64,000 nt of DNA from Opitutales bacterium (GTDB lineage: Bacteria > Verrucomicrobiota > Verrucomicrobiia > Opitutales > UBA2987). The notes beneath the pieces are model-generated. The model was not told the DNA's origin. It did no database searches and worked only from the letters and a program-made list of their open reading frames with translations. The stretch spans positions 800,001-864,000 of the forward strand of contig CBDDEL010000016.1 in assembly GCA_965226885.1 (NCBI GenBank), in the 5' to 3' direction. Positions within the stretch are counted from its first letter, which is position 1. The number at the start of each line of letters is the position of its first letter. The position numbers were made by a program, and so were the translations under genes. Below, piece after piece: positions 11,006 through 22,720 of the stretch.

Positions 11006-11837
11006 CTAACCTTTGCTGGACGCGGTGTGCGTGTCGGTTGACTCAAAAATTTTGTCCGCGCTGGCGGCTACGAAACCGTTATAGAGATGGCCATCGGCAT
11101 CGGCGTAGCGGAGGGCAAACTCGTAGTAGCAAGTGGGAATCTCATGCACCTGGCCGCCGGCAAATTCCACCGGCATGCGGTCGGCCATTGACGACCCCTG
11201 CTCCAGTAATACCTGGGGCGATCCTTTGACCCGACCACCCGATTGATTGACCGGTATACCCTGCTCCTCCACCACTTGCAGCACACCTTCAACTGTCGGG
11301 GTTTTCTTCAGGTGGTTGACGGCGATCGTAAAATGGTTGGCATGCAACCCGTGGGCGGCAAACCAGGCGGCGTATTCACTTTCTTCAAGCAGTAAGCCAT
11401 AGTCATCCCATGAAATCGGATCCCACAAGCGGCCGGCCCAAAGAACTTCCGGTCCCTCCACCCGGATGGGGTCAATCTGAGTGCAAATACCTTGCAGAAT
11501 TACCTTGCAGAATTTTTTGCGCGTCCACGCTGAGGGTGGAACAATCAAGGGCGCTCAGAAAAATCCTGGGCTGGGAAGGGTCTGGATGCAAATAACCCCA
11601 GGCATTCAATTTTTTTTCTTTGAAAACATAGGGCGCCAGGGGCTCGTAGCCGAGGGCCAGGATATGCTTTTGCAGCACTGGCAGGCGAATCAGATCCAGA
11701 TCGAGGGTCCGAAATGCGACGTGATCGTTGAGGACTTGCTCGCCTCTGTTTTCAAAAACAGATTTAAGCCGGGCGGCGCGGGGGGCCATCCCGATGTAGT
11801 CCTCCCAGAGACTTTGGAAGAAGATTTGAGTATTCAT
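11006..11837 (-). pseudogene. DUF1338 protein (2-oxoadipate dioxygenase/decarboxylase, HglS-like), frameshifted by a 13-bp tandem duplication
   Basis: NDHVAFRT in the 5' ORF; ESEYAAW, ANHFT, LLEQGS, YYEFA.R in the 3' ORF; TACCTTGCAGAAT x2 at 11488-11513; removing one copy gives one 272-aa frame. Confidence 0.88.
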
Positions 11838-11854
11838 GTAGTAATTTCCGATAA

Positions 11855-12493
11855 TTAAATCGAGTATTCAACCCCTATGTTGCGAAATGTGGATGAATCC
11901 CCGAAGGCCGAAGAAATACGCCGCCAAGGGTAGCTATGGAGAATCCGCCCGGGGGGTGGTATTTTTCCCTTAAACAATTCCCGATAGATTTCATTTTGCG
12001 GGGACTCGATACGCTTCATATCGAATCCGGCCGTTTTTATGGTTGTAAATCCGTAACGATAACAGGCAGCTAGCAGGGGGTAGGAAAACTTTTTTTCTTC
12101 CTCTAACAACCGGCGGCAATGACCTAAATAGAGCGTCCCCGCCGAAATATTTTTCTTCCAGTCCCAGGCATTGGACCACGGCTCATCTGAAACAACATTC
12201 CAGGCCCCTTTGCTCATCTGCATGATTCCTCGGGCATAACCGGTGTCGGCGTATGCATTGAGAGAACTCTCCGCCCTTAAAATGGCAAATACGAATAGCG
12301 GATCGAGCTGGTTGTGAAGGGCTTCGGCTCTCGCCACTGGCCAAACCAGGGTTGCCGGCAAAAATTTCGGGGCCCTTCGACAGCGCACAAAAATCAGAGC
12401 CGTTATAAAAAACAGCGACAAAATAATAAGGATGCCGCATCTATTTCTCAGACATCCCCGAAAATTTCCGAGCCTACCCATTGTATTTACCAT
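11855..12493 (-). CDS. Lytic transglycosylase (SLT domain) membrane protein
   Basis: N-terminal TM helix; AILRAESS (catalytic Glu), ARGIMQM, NISAGTLYL, LAACYRYG. Confidence 0.8.
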   Translation of the reverse strand: MVNTMGRLGNFRGCLRNRCGILIILSLFFITALIFVRCRRAPKFLPATLVWPVARAEALHNQLDPLFVFAILRAESSLNAYADTGYARGIMQMSKGAWNVVSDEPWSNAWDWKKNISAGTLYLGHCRRLLEEEKKFSYPLLAACYRYGFTTIKTAGFDMKRIESPQNEIYRELFKGKIPPPGRILHSYPWRRISSAFGDSSTFRNIGVEYSI

Positions 12494-15400
12494 GTTCTCA
12501 TAAGGCCCATCTTCCTGTTTTGCAATCGGAGGAATTACGGGGAAAAACTCATCTCACCCCGGCGGCGAAGATTCGGAATTAATTTTTGGTTCCACTGGCC
12601 GACTTTCGTAGAGCTTCCCTAAAGTTTAATCCAGTCAGGAATTTTCCTGCTGAGGCAAAGCAATTGTATGTCCAATCCTGCAACATCAAGTGTCAGCATC
12701 TTCGGCACCGGCACAAGGCGCACGTCTTGGCCGCTGGCAGCCTGTGAGGATCATTCCCGATGAGCAAACCGGTCACTCAACAAAATATTGCCTTAAGCAA
12801 AGCCCATTTTCAGGTTGTGGAAGCGCTGCCCGGTATTGACGATATGAGCCGGTTCGCGGCTTACTGGCCGATGCTGCAACTTTGCCCTTTCCCCGCCTGG
12901 TTGTCCGATGAAAATGGCTGCCGGGTCTATTTCAATCAGGCATGGCTCGACCTGCGAGGCCAAACAGCGGATAGCGATTTAAACGACGGATGGGTAAATG
13001 GGATTCATCCCGATGATCTCGTGTCCTTGCTCAAGACCGATCTAAGAGCCCATGAAAAAGAGATTCCCTATGCTGCGGAGATACGTATCCATAATACTAA
13101 AGGCGATTATCGATGGATTTCAATCCCGGCATCACCCATCCAAGATTCCGACGGTTTGTTCATCGGCCTGACCGGTTTTTGCCTCGATATAACGAGCAGT
13201 AAGGAGACTGAGCAAGAACTGCTCATTAAGAAGAATCGCTACAAACTAGCCATTGAAAATACCGGGCTTGGCATTTGGGACTGGAATATCGCCACCGGTG
13301 AAATATACTTCAACCGCCGTTATGCCGAAATCCTCGGCTACGAGTACGACGAGATGGACAGGCAATTCCATTGCCTGGATCAATTCATTCACCCCGATGA
13401 CAAGGCGGAGGTATGGGAAAAACTCCAGCGGCATCTGGATGGCAAATCTCCCAGTTACGACTCGGAACATCGTCTCAAGACTAAATACGGCGATTGGGTC
13501 TGGATTCAGGACCGGGGCAAAGTGGTAGGCCGGGACGACAGCGGAAAACCCCTCCGCATGACGGGAACCCATCGCGACACCACCATGAGGAAGGAAATGG
13601 AAGAGTCCATGCAACGTCTCTCCCTGGTGGCCAGCCGTTCAAATACCGGCGTGGTCATTTCAAATGCGGATGGAGAGACCGAATGGGTCAATTTTGCCTT
13701 CGAGAAAATGTCAGGTTACGATCTTTACGATTTGGAGGGAAAAACAGCGGGAAACCTGTTACACGGCCCCGGCAGCGATCCCGAAGTCATCGCCTACATA
13801 GATCGATGCATAAAGGAGAAAAAAGAGTTTCATGCCGAAATTCTCAATTACCACAAAAGCGGCCAAACCTTTTGGGTGGACATAGACGCCACTCCCATTT
13901 TCGACAGAAGGGGTAAAGTTATACAGTTTATCGCCATCGAATCGGATATTACTTCCCGGAAAAAAGCCGAAGAAGAGATGAAAAAGGCGATTGAGGCAGC
14001 GGAGTCTGCCAACCAGGCAAAAAGCGATTTCCTGGCCAATATGAGCCACGAGATTCGCACTCCCATGAATGCCGTCATGGGCATGACCAGCCTGCTCATG
14101 GACACCGAGTTGACCGAGGATCAATTGGACTTCGCTCAGACCATCCAAAGCAGCAACGAGTCCCTTCTCAATATAATCAACGATATTCTGGATTTTTCCA
14201 AAATCGAATCCGGCAAACTGGACCTGGAGGACGTAGCCTTTAGCCTGACCTGCTGCGTCGAGGAGGCGATCGATCTATTCGGGTCGGCGGCCGCCGAGAA
14301 AGAACTGGAACTGCTCTGCCATATTGACGACAAAGCGCCGGAATACCTCATCGGCGATCCCACGCGATTGCGTCAAATTCTCATCAATTTATTGGGCAAT
14401 GCCATAAAATTTACCTCCCATGGAGAAATAGTAACCACCGTTACACTGGAAGAAATACAGAACGAAGACTATATTATACGGTTTTCCGTACGCGATACCG
14501 GAATCGGAATTCCCGAGCAGCGGCAAAGTATCATCTTCGAAGCCTTCACCCAGGTGGACGCCTCCACAACCCGTCAATACGGCGGATCAGGTCTGGGTTT
14601 GGTCATCTGCAAAAGGCTCAGCAATTTGATGGGGGGCGACATTGGCTCAGCAATTTGATGGGGGGCGACATTGGTTTAAAGAGTGAGGTAGGCAAAGGTA
14701 CCGAATTTTTCTTCACCGTGAAACTGAGCCCCGACAAATCGCCGCCCTCGCCTACTTTCCAGGCGGACTCGCTGTTTGGGAAACGAGCGCTGATCGTCGA
14801 TGACAACGCCACCAACCGGCAAATCCTTACTCTCCTCTTGAGCAAATGGGGTATCTACGCCGAAGAAGCCGAATCGGGTGTCGAAGCGATCGCCAAATTA
14901 GATCAAAGCGCGTCTTATGATGTGGCCATTCTGGACTGCCAAATGCCTCTCATGGACGGAATGGAACTAGCAGCCAAAATTCGCAAATCAAAATCTTACG
15001 GCAAGCTTCCTCTGATTATGCTTACCTCCATGACGCACCCCGATACGGAAAAACTACGCCAGAAACTGAATTTTTCCGCCTATTTGACCAAACCGGTTAA
15101 AAACCTCATATTATTGAATGCGTTGCGGCAAGCCCTGCAGGATTCTTCGACTCCAAATAGCTATAACGGTCGTGCCGGTTCACCTTTCCAAAACCTGCCT
15201 GCTTCGAAACAAAATTTCAGCCTGCTTTTAGCCGAGGATAGTCCGGTCAATCAAAAAGTCGCTCTTCTGCTGCTCAAACGCCTCGGCTACCGGGCTGATG
15301 TGGCCAATGACGGCGACGAGGTTTTGGACTTATTACAAAAAGTATCCTACGATGTTATCCTTATGGATGTGCAAATGCCCAATAAGGATGGCATTGAAAC

Positions 15401-16135
15401 CACGCGTATCCTTCGTCAAACTTTTTCTCAGGACCGCCAACCCTACATAGAGGCTGTCCCAAAAATATAAAGATTTTATAGTCAACTGGATGACGTTGAT
15501 AAAAAGAGCCGGAAAGAGCAAGTTTTTGCTCGATCCGGCCAAAAAAGGGTTCTATAATTGAGTTAGCGAAAATCAATATAGCCCTTTCTATGAAAAATAT
15601 AGCCATCCAATGCCTCCTGCGTCCAGCTTTAACTGTGGTCGACCGGTGCCTCGATTACGATAACTTCCGCGCCACCATTGATCGAATCGATCGGCTGCTG
15701 ATCGACTCGGAGGTGGAATCGCAGGCCATTGAGCTGGCCTTGGAGGGGTGGCCGCCAATGGGTCTAAAGGCCCGGCGGCAGCGGGCCAGTTTTGCCATCA
15801 AGGCACTGCGCATGGATACGCTGGGCCGTCTGCTCGGAGGGATTTCGTTTCGGCATTTGTCGCGGGCTCTGGGCAGCAGCGATCTGTTGGCCGACTTTTG
15901 CCGTGTCCGGCAGATCGATGGCATCAGGGGCATCTCCAAAAGCACCCTGGAGCGGGCCTCGAAGTTTTTCAGCGAAGAGCAGTTGAGGGCCTTGCACCGG
16001 ACCTTGACTGAGGTGGTGGGCGATGCCCTTCTGGCCCGGCAGGTGGGATTGGACAAGCCGATTGACACCACCATTTGCCTGATCGACGGCACCTGTTTGG
16101 AGGCTAACATTCATTGGCCGACGGACTGGGTATTA

Positions 16136-17267
16136 TACCAAATCGCAAAAGGATTGATAAAGATTAAAAAACAGCTATAAAGGCGGAATGAGAAGATATA
16201 TGGGAACCGATGAAGACCGTGAACGTATCAAGAAATTGCTCAACAAAGAGGCTGTCGGCTGGCGTAAAGAGCGTTTGGTGGCATTAAAAATGGGCTTCCA
16301 GCCGCACCACAGCATTGATGAAATTGGAGCCATCGTGGGCCGAGGCAAAGCGACGATCCAGCGTTGGTTTGACAAATATCGTGCTGCAGGGCTCGGGGCG
16401 GTGCTTACACGCGCCTACAAAGGCGGGATCAAAAGCCGTTGCGACAAAGAGGTGGAGGCCTTCTTGCTCAATGGTTTGAAGGTCGCGCGCTGGAACACAG
16501 CCGTTCAGGCGGGGCAAGAGCTGGAGCGACATTTCGGGCGCTCCTTCGCCTACAAGACGGTGTGGCGATGGCTAAAAAAATGCGCCGGGGTGCTTCGAGT
16601 CCCTCGCCCCGTGCATGAGAAACGGGAATCGGCAAAAGCGGAAGCGTTCAAGCGAGACTTTTTTAAGATCCTCCAGGAGCTTTCCCTCACCCGAGGCAAT
16701 CGGGTTCGGGTGTGGTTTGCCGATGAAAGCCGTTTTGGTTTGCTTCCGGTGTACCGCCGGTGCTGGACGCAAAGAGGGCTTCGGCCGCACAAAAAATATC
16801 AGACAAGATACCAGTGGAGCTACTGTTACGGAGCCCTCGACGTGGTCAACGGCGAGATGGTATGCATCCAAACCCCTAGCACGAATCTACAGTGGACGGA
16901 GGCTTTCCTCCAACAGATCAAAAAGCAATATCCTGAGGAGGAACATGTGGTTGTATGGGACGGGGCAGGCTTCCATCCGCACGACTCGGAGCACCCCAAC
17001 GTCCCCCCGGGCATACATATCGTGAATTTGCCGCCGTATAGTCCTGAACTCAACCCGATTGAAAGACTTTGGGATATGATACAGGATCAAACGGCCAACA
17101 AACTGTGGCCGAGCATTGAGCGACTCGAAGAAGTCGTCGCAACCCATCTCAAAGACTGGTGGGAGGACACTGAAAAAGTCCTCTCTTTAGTTGGCGGAGG
17201 CTGGCAGCACATTCAAGCAAACGCTTCTGCCAAATAACTTATTATCATACCTAATGAGATTTGGTAT
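16136..17267 (+). mobile_element. IS630-family element nested in the ISNCY-like element
   Basis: IRs TACCAAATC / GATTTGGTA(T); TA (or TTA) duplication relative to uninterrupted copies (GGGTATTACTC). Confidence 0.9.
16188..17237 (+). CDS. IS630-family transposase
   Basis: HTH domains; WFADESRFG, VWDGAGFH, LPPYSPELNPIERLW. Confidence 0.95.
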   Translation: MRRYMGTDEDRERIKKLLNKEAVGWRKERLVALKMGFQPHHSIDEIGAIVGRGKATIQRWFDKYRAAGLGAVLTRAYKGGIKSRCDKEVEAFLLNGLKVARWNTAVQAGQELERHFGRSFAYKTVWRWLKKCAGVLRVPRPVHEKRESAKAEAFKRDFFKILQELSLTRGNRVRVWFADESRFGLLPVYRRCWTQRGLRPHKKYQTRYQWSYCYGALDVVNGEMVCIQTPSTNLQWTEAFLQQIKKQYPEEEHVVVWDGAGFHPHDSEHPNVPPGIHIVNLPPYSPELNPIERLWDMIQDQTANKLWPSIERLEEVVATHLKDWWEDTEKVLSLVGGGWQHIQANASAK

Positions 17268-18577
17268 TACTCAAGGATGTAGCCGGCACGTTGCTCAAAG
17301 CGATCCGGCTGATCCGCGAGAAGGCCGGTTTGCGCCATCGCATGCCGATCGAACCGGAGCCCTTGGCTCGGCAGATGAATCGGCTGTGCATACAGATGAC
17401 CCACAGCCGGCGGCGAAAGGACAGCGCGCGGCAGCGCAAGGGTATCTTGAGGCAGATGAAAAAGCTGCTCAAACGGATCGGGGAGCATGCCCGCAGTCAC
17501 CGGGAATTATTGCAAGCCTGCTGGGAGCAAAGCGATTACAGCGAAAAACAGGTCCAACAGATCCTCGCCCGGATGGAGCGCATGAGCGAGCAAATCCCGG
17601 TGGTCATCAAACAGGCGCACGAGCGGATCATTGGCGGCCGCCAGGTGAAAAACGCAGAGAAAGTCTTGAGTGTTTACGAACTCGATGGGCAGGTGATTGT
17701 GCGAGGTAAAGCGGGCCAAGAGGTCGAGTTCGGCAACACCCTGTTTTTGGGAGAAAGCGTTGAGGGGTACCTGCTGGACTGGAAACTCTACGGCAGCCGA
17801 ACTCCAAGCGAAAATGAACAAATGCAAGAGAGTTTGCAAAGACAGAACCGCTTCAACCTGGAAGAACCCATAGCGGCCATGTGCGCGGACCGGGGATTTG
17901 CCTCCCAGCGGGCCCGCCGGCAGTTAGCCCAGGAGGGAATCTACGACGCGCTCTGTCCACGCGATCCGAAGCAGTTGAAAAAACGGATGGAGGAACCACT
18001 GTTCAGGCAATTGCAAAAGCGCCGGGCCAGCACCGAAGGGCGGATCGGGGTATTGAAGAATCGCTGGCAGGCCGGGCGGTTGCGCAGCAAAGGCTTTGCC
18101 AACCGCTCGATCAGCGTAGCCTGGTCGGTACTCTCGCACAACCTATGGAAAGTAGCCAAGATGCTGGCCCAGCAAGACGAACTAAAAACCAAAGCGGCGG
18201 CCTAGAGAGCGGAAAAGCAAGGACAATACTTTTTCACAGCCGTACTGTCGGCTCATACAAAGAAAACCAGGCAACCGGACCCCAAAACCAGTATCCTAAC
18301 GTCATAGGAGAGCAAAGTTGATACTCTCCCAAATGCAAATACCTCTAAAATGAGCGCCTATCAAAAGCCCTCGCAAAAATCACCCTTTTGGGACAGCCTC
18401 TACATAATCGCTTTAACCGCCGCCGCTACCGTCAAGGATAAAAACCATTGCCTCAAAGCCGGTATGAACACTTTCATGAGCAAACCGATCAAAATTAAAG
18501 AACTGGCCATGGCGCTCAAAACGGCCCAGGAAGAAACTGCCCTCAAACAGCTGAATAGCATTTCCCATTCACCGGCA

Positions 18578-19623
18578 TCAGGATAAACCGGTAAAGCGCG
18601 AGGGCAATTCCCAGATAGCGCGGGTGTCCCTGATAATTTTTTGCAGCACCTCGGGTGTGACACTTTGCACCGGGTCGTCCCCGATGCCCCGGGCCGGGTC
18701 GATATGAGTTTCAATGATGAGGCCGTCCGCTCCGTAAGCCATGCCCGCCAGGCAGCAGGCGGGAACGTAAATAGCTCGGCCCACCGCATGGGAGGGATCG
18801 ATTATCACCGGAGCCCAGGTTTTCTGCTTGAGCAGCGGAGTTATGGATTCATCGGGATGGTTCCTGTAACCATCCAATCCCGGCATGGTCCCGCGCGGGC
18901 AGAAAAATAAATTCGGATTGCCATTGGAGACGATGTACTCGCCCGCAGAAATATATTCATCAATCGGGCCCATATGACGCCCTCTTTTAAGGAGAACGGC
19001 GGTGTTCGTGTCCGCAGTTTTCCTACCCACCTGTTTGAGCAAGGAATAATTGAGGGCGTTGCGAGTACCGATTTGCAGCATGTCGATTTTAGCTTCCAAG
19101 GCGATATCGATTTGCTCCTCGTCCATAACTTCGGTCACAATCGGCAGTCCCGTACGCGCTCTGGCCTCCAGTAAAGTATCGAGTGTTTTGATGTCTCCCT
19201 GATAGGAGTGGGGCGTCGTTCGCGGTTTCCACACCCCCCCCTGATGGCATGCGCGCCGGCCTCTTTAATGGCCTCGGCGGTCTCCAGCATATAATTCGGG
19301 TTTTTCGGGTCGATGGTGCAAAGCCCGGCGATAAATAAAGGCTCTTCCCCCACCTTGACGCCACCCAGGCTGCTGCGGTGCTTCGCCAGCTCGGAATGAA
19401 CATCCATCAATTTGTAAACGGTCTCCATGCGGTCCACCCGGTCGATGTAGGCGAGCCCCTTGATACGGTTGACCATCAATTCGCTACGCTCATCGCCTAT
19501 AATGGCGTAGATATTGCGATGGGCGCCGTAGATGACCTGAATCGAGCAGTCGAATTCTCCGACAATGGCTTCGACTTCCCGCAATTGATCTTCAGTAAGC
19601 TTGTTTTCTTTGGAAATAATCAT
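18578..19623 (-). pseudogene. aroF: 3-deoxy-7-phosphoheptulonate (DAHP) synthase, type I-beta, with 1-bp frameshift in a G8 tract
   Basis: N-terminal regulatory domain; IRGG|VWKPRTTPHSYQG split at the C8 run 19234-19241 (+ strand); QIGTRNALN, VLLKRG, IIDPSHA; one added G restores 348 aa. Confidence 0.88.
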
Positions 19624-19744
19624 AGCTGTGGCATCCCATGGTAACGCGACCTTAACAAAGGGCCGGTTATAGCGTAGGTTGCAAATTTAACAACTCCATA
19701 AATTCTGGTCAGCAATTGCTTTTTTGCCGCTGCAACCTGTCCGC

Positions 19745-20893
19745 TCATCTATAATAAAAGGTAATACTGAATGGCTCTTCTACACTCAGAATGGCCACCA
19801 TTTCTTCCGTCCACGGTCCGAAGGGCGCCCGTGATTGAATAGAGTCCTGCGCGACCAGCGTGGCCACCCGGCTGGCTGTGGTGAAAGCGATAACCAAATT
19901 CTTGATTTCCCCCTCCCGCGTCAGTTTGAATTTCACCAGCACCATTGAATTCACCTCTGCTCGAGCCACCTGACTCTGGAAGGCCAGAATCTGAAATTGT
20001 GAACCGATGGCGTCGAACATGCGCGCCAGATAATCTCCGAAATCGGTGAATTTGGCGCTCACGGCGATATTGTCCATAACCGGGGCCCGCCCGGAGGATT
20101 GCATGATCGGCCCTGGAAGCACTGATGAGGCTACCCTCGGTCTGGGGCGGGGCTGCTGGGGTTGAGCCGCCAAAGTCTGCTCTGGGCTGGGCGGTTCCAC
20201 ATTGGGTTTGAGAAACTGTTCAACCGAAGTCACGGTTAACGGTATATCGCTGGCCCGCAAAGGATCTTCGACATCCGCTTCCCCCTTATTCGGCGCATCC
20301 GCCATGCTGGCAATCCCTTCCTCCGACAGCACCGTGTCCTGCTCAATGAAGTCCGGTGCCATTGGCTGAGGCGGGGGCAAGTAGGGAATCGATGGACTCT
20401 GCTGCTGCTCGACCGATTCCTGCTGCGCCAATGCCTCCGGAAAAGGCTGCGCATCCGAGTAGGTGCCATCGATTATTTTTGACGATTCTAATTCCTCGCC
20501 ATCAATGAAAGGCATATCGTCCGGGCCCGCATCCGACTCCTCCTTTTGTCCCGCCTGCTGGTCGCGATTGGAAATATTGGCCGTTTCATCGGGTTCATTG
20601 GTTGGCACATCCGGATTGGTCTCCACAAACCGCTGTTCCTGAGGCTCCGGCAGAGCGTCCTCATAAACATATTCCACCTCACGATCGCGACTAAGGGTGT
20701 GGTCGGCAATCAGGCTGCGCTTTATTTCCCAGGGAATCATCCAGAAAAGCATCAGGTGCAGAAAAAGCGTTACCGCCATGGCCCACCCAACGCCCCGCAA
20801 GTCCCCCCCCTCCAGTTTAGGGGAAGCCAGATAACGGGAAATATCAATCTCCCGCCGCTTCTGCTTAGGTGCTTTGGCCGTCGTCGCTCTCAT
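19745..20893 (-). CDS. TonB/TolA-like membrane-anchored protein
   Basis: N-terminal TM with SxxxH-like TLFLH, Pro/Glu-rich linker, C-terminal domain VKFKLTREGEI...SRAPFGPW. Confidence 0.65.
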   Translation of the reverse strand: MRATTAKAPKQKRREIDISRYLASPKLEGGDLRGVGWAMAVTLFLHLMLFWMIPWEIKRSLIADHTLSRDREVEYVYEDALPEPQEQRFVETNPDVPTNEPDETANISNRDQQAGQKEESDAGPDDMPFIDGEELESSKIIDGTYSDAQPFPEALAQQESVEQQQSPSIPYLPPPQPMAPDFIEQDTVLSEEGIASMADAPNKGEADVEDPLRASDIPLTVTSVEQFLKPNVEPPSPEQTLAAQPQQPRPRPRVASSVLPGPIMQSSGRAPVMDNIAVSAKFTDFGDYLARMFDAIGSQFQILAFQSQVARAEVNSMVLVKFKLTREGEIKNLVIAFTTASRVATLVAQDSIQSRAPFGPWTEEMVAILSVEEPFSITFYYR

Positions 20894-20958
20894 GAAAAAT
20901 GAATTCAGTAAAAATAAAGTAAATTTCGATTACTATAAATTAAAAACTATCCGTCTCA

Positions 20959-21591
20959 TCAAGCATCCAGTTTGCATCCAGTATCCGGCAACCTAAGCGC
21001 TTCCCAAAGCCCATGTTTTTGCAGTAATTCCGAAGTCTCCTCGACCGGCAGGCCCATCACGTTACTGAACGACCCTTCTAGATTTTCCAATATGATTTCC
21101 CTGCCCTCCTGAATACCGTAGGCCCCCGCCTTATCCAAAGGATCGACAATGCTCAAATAGCGGCTGATCCCCTCCTCGTCCAGTTGCCGGAAAGTGACTT
21201 CGCTGGTCACGCACAGAGTCTCGTCAATATTGCGCTCCCGAAATATCAGGCAAATACCGGTAAAAACCGTATGGGTGCGCCCGGAAAGCTGGCCCAACAT
21301 ACGCCGGGCATCCTCCAGATCGCCCGGCTTGTTCAAAATAACGCCATCCAAAGCCACCGTGGTATCCGCCCCCAGCACCGGGCAGTGGGCATGGGCTCCA
21401 TCCGCCACCACGAACTCGGTCTTCAAACGACAATTATGCAGCACCAGCGAACGCGGGTCGGCCCCCGCCTCAAACCATTCCTCCACCGCCGCCGGAACCA
21501 CCGCAAAGCGCAAACCCATCTCGTTGAGAAGATGCCGCCGCCGAGGCGAAGAAGAAGCCAACACCAATTGCAAATGTAAACGTGAATTCAT
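20959..21591 (-). CDS. maf: Maf-family nucleoside triphosphate pyrophosphatase
   Basis: LASSSPRRRHLL, GADTTV, KP, LSGRTH, DKAGAYGIQ, NVMGLP. Confidence 0.95.
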   Translation of the reverse strand: MNSRLHLQLVLASSSPRRRHLLNEMGLRFAVVPAAVEEWFEAGADPRSLVLHNCRLKTEFVVADGAHAHCPVLGADTTVALDGVILNKPGDLEDARRMLGQLSGRTHTVFTGICLIFRERNIDETLCVTSEVTFRQLDEEGISRYLSIVDPLDKAGAYGIQEGREIILENLEGSFSNVMGLPVEETSELLQKHGLWEALRLPDTGCKLDA

Positions 21592-21643
21592 CGAAATAAA
21601 ATCTCTCTAGTAAACGTGAATTCATCGAAATAAAATCTCTCTA
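21576..21643. repeat. Perfect 34-bp tandem duplication spanning the maf start codon
   Basis: GTAAACGTGAATTCATCGAAATAAAATCTCTCTA x2. Confidence 0.95.
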
Positions 21644-21986
21644 AAAAAAGCCAAAATGAAGAAAATGATAAGATAAGAATAATAAGAGCCAATCCAGCAA
21701 AGGTCAGGACTATACCATATTCCAGAAAAAACCGCAATAGATACGTTGGCTCCGTTTGATGCTGATGCGTTTGAATAAACTTCAAAAAAACCAGAAAAAA
21801 TCCAAAAATGCGCCAATATGTCCCACCAAAACATATCCCCCATCAAACATCCTGCACCCAAATAATTCCTCTTATCAGCCAAAAAATTAAAACTAAATTG
21901 CAAAATTCAGCCAAAATGTTATCTTACCCAATTATAGACATGCGCACAATATGTTAAGATTAAATCGATAAACAGAGGAGGACGAA

Positions 21987-22666
21987 ATGAAAGATATTGC
22001 ATTAATAACGATACATGGTATGGGAAAAGTGGATCTAAATTATTTTTCAGATTTAGAGGACGGACTAAAAAATAGACTCGGCAGGGACTGGACAAGGATT
22101 TCTTTTCAAAATGTACAATACGCGCCGATACTACAAAAACCACAGAATCAATTATGGAGGGACATAATAAGAACGCCCGACAATGATATAGATGCTACAA
22201 AGTTAAGGCAGTTTTTTCTTTATGGTTTTGGTGATGCCGGCTCTCTTGAATACAGTGCCCATAATGACGAGGTGAAATACATTGAGGTACAGGAAAACAT
22301 ACAAAAAGCATTAAATAACGCATACTCGGAATTGGGTCGGGACAATTCAAAGTCTGTCGTGATTATCGCCCATTCACTTGGTTGCCAAGTGATTTCCAAT
22401 TATCTTTGGGATGCACAAAATAATAAGTATATATTTAAAAATACTGGTGGTAATGATTCTCCTGAATTAGATTTCCTTCGATTAAAATCCCTAATTAATT
22501 TGGTTACTACTGGCTGCAATATACCATTGTTCATTTCAGGTATAAGTGATCGCCAGTGTTTTAATAAACCGAATGATCAATTCAAATGGGACAATTGGGA
22601 CAATTATTATGATCCGGATGATGTCCTTGGATGGCCGTTGAGGCAGTTGAGTAACTCATTCAATAT
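21987..22666 (+). pseudogene. Low-GC alpha/beta-hydrolase-like hypothetical protein, 3'-truncated by IS3; in-frame 9-bp duplication (WDN-WDN)
   Basis: IHGMG, IIAHSLG nucleophile motif, YDPDDVLGWPL; frame runs into the IS3 IRL at 22667; TGGGACAAT x2 at 22587-22604. Confidence 0.75.
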
Positions 22667-22720
22667 TGATGTGCACTGGAAAAAGTGGACACGAGATTCT
22701 CCTAAATGGAGAATCGAAGC

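Larger units (their letters stand above)
15450..18400 (+). mobile_element. ISNCY/IS5-like DDE element (1817 bp net, possibly ISDol1-group) copy 1; transposase 15590-18205 interrupted by IS630
   Basis: Terminal IRs GAGGCTGTCCCAAAA / TTTTGGGACAGCCTC; 6-bp TSD TACATA; transposase motifs DGTCLEANIHWPTD, RGKAGQEVEFG, ADRGF. Confidence 0.9.
12760..18586 (+). pseudogene. PAS-PAS-PAS hybrid histidine kinase with two receiver domains; broken by a 29-bp tandem duplication (14615-14672) and by the IS at 15450-18400
   Basis: [15 protein letters not shown]-box, N/G boxes, two REC domains; removing the duplication and the IS plus one TACATA rejoins ...RQPYI-IALTAAAT...MSKPIK. Confidence 0.92.
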
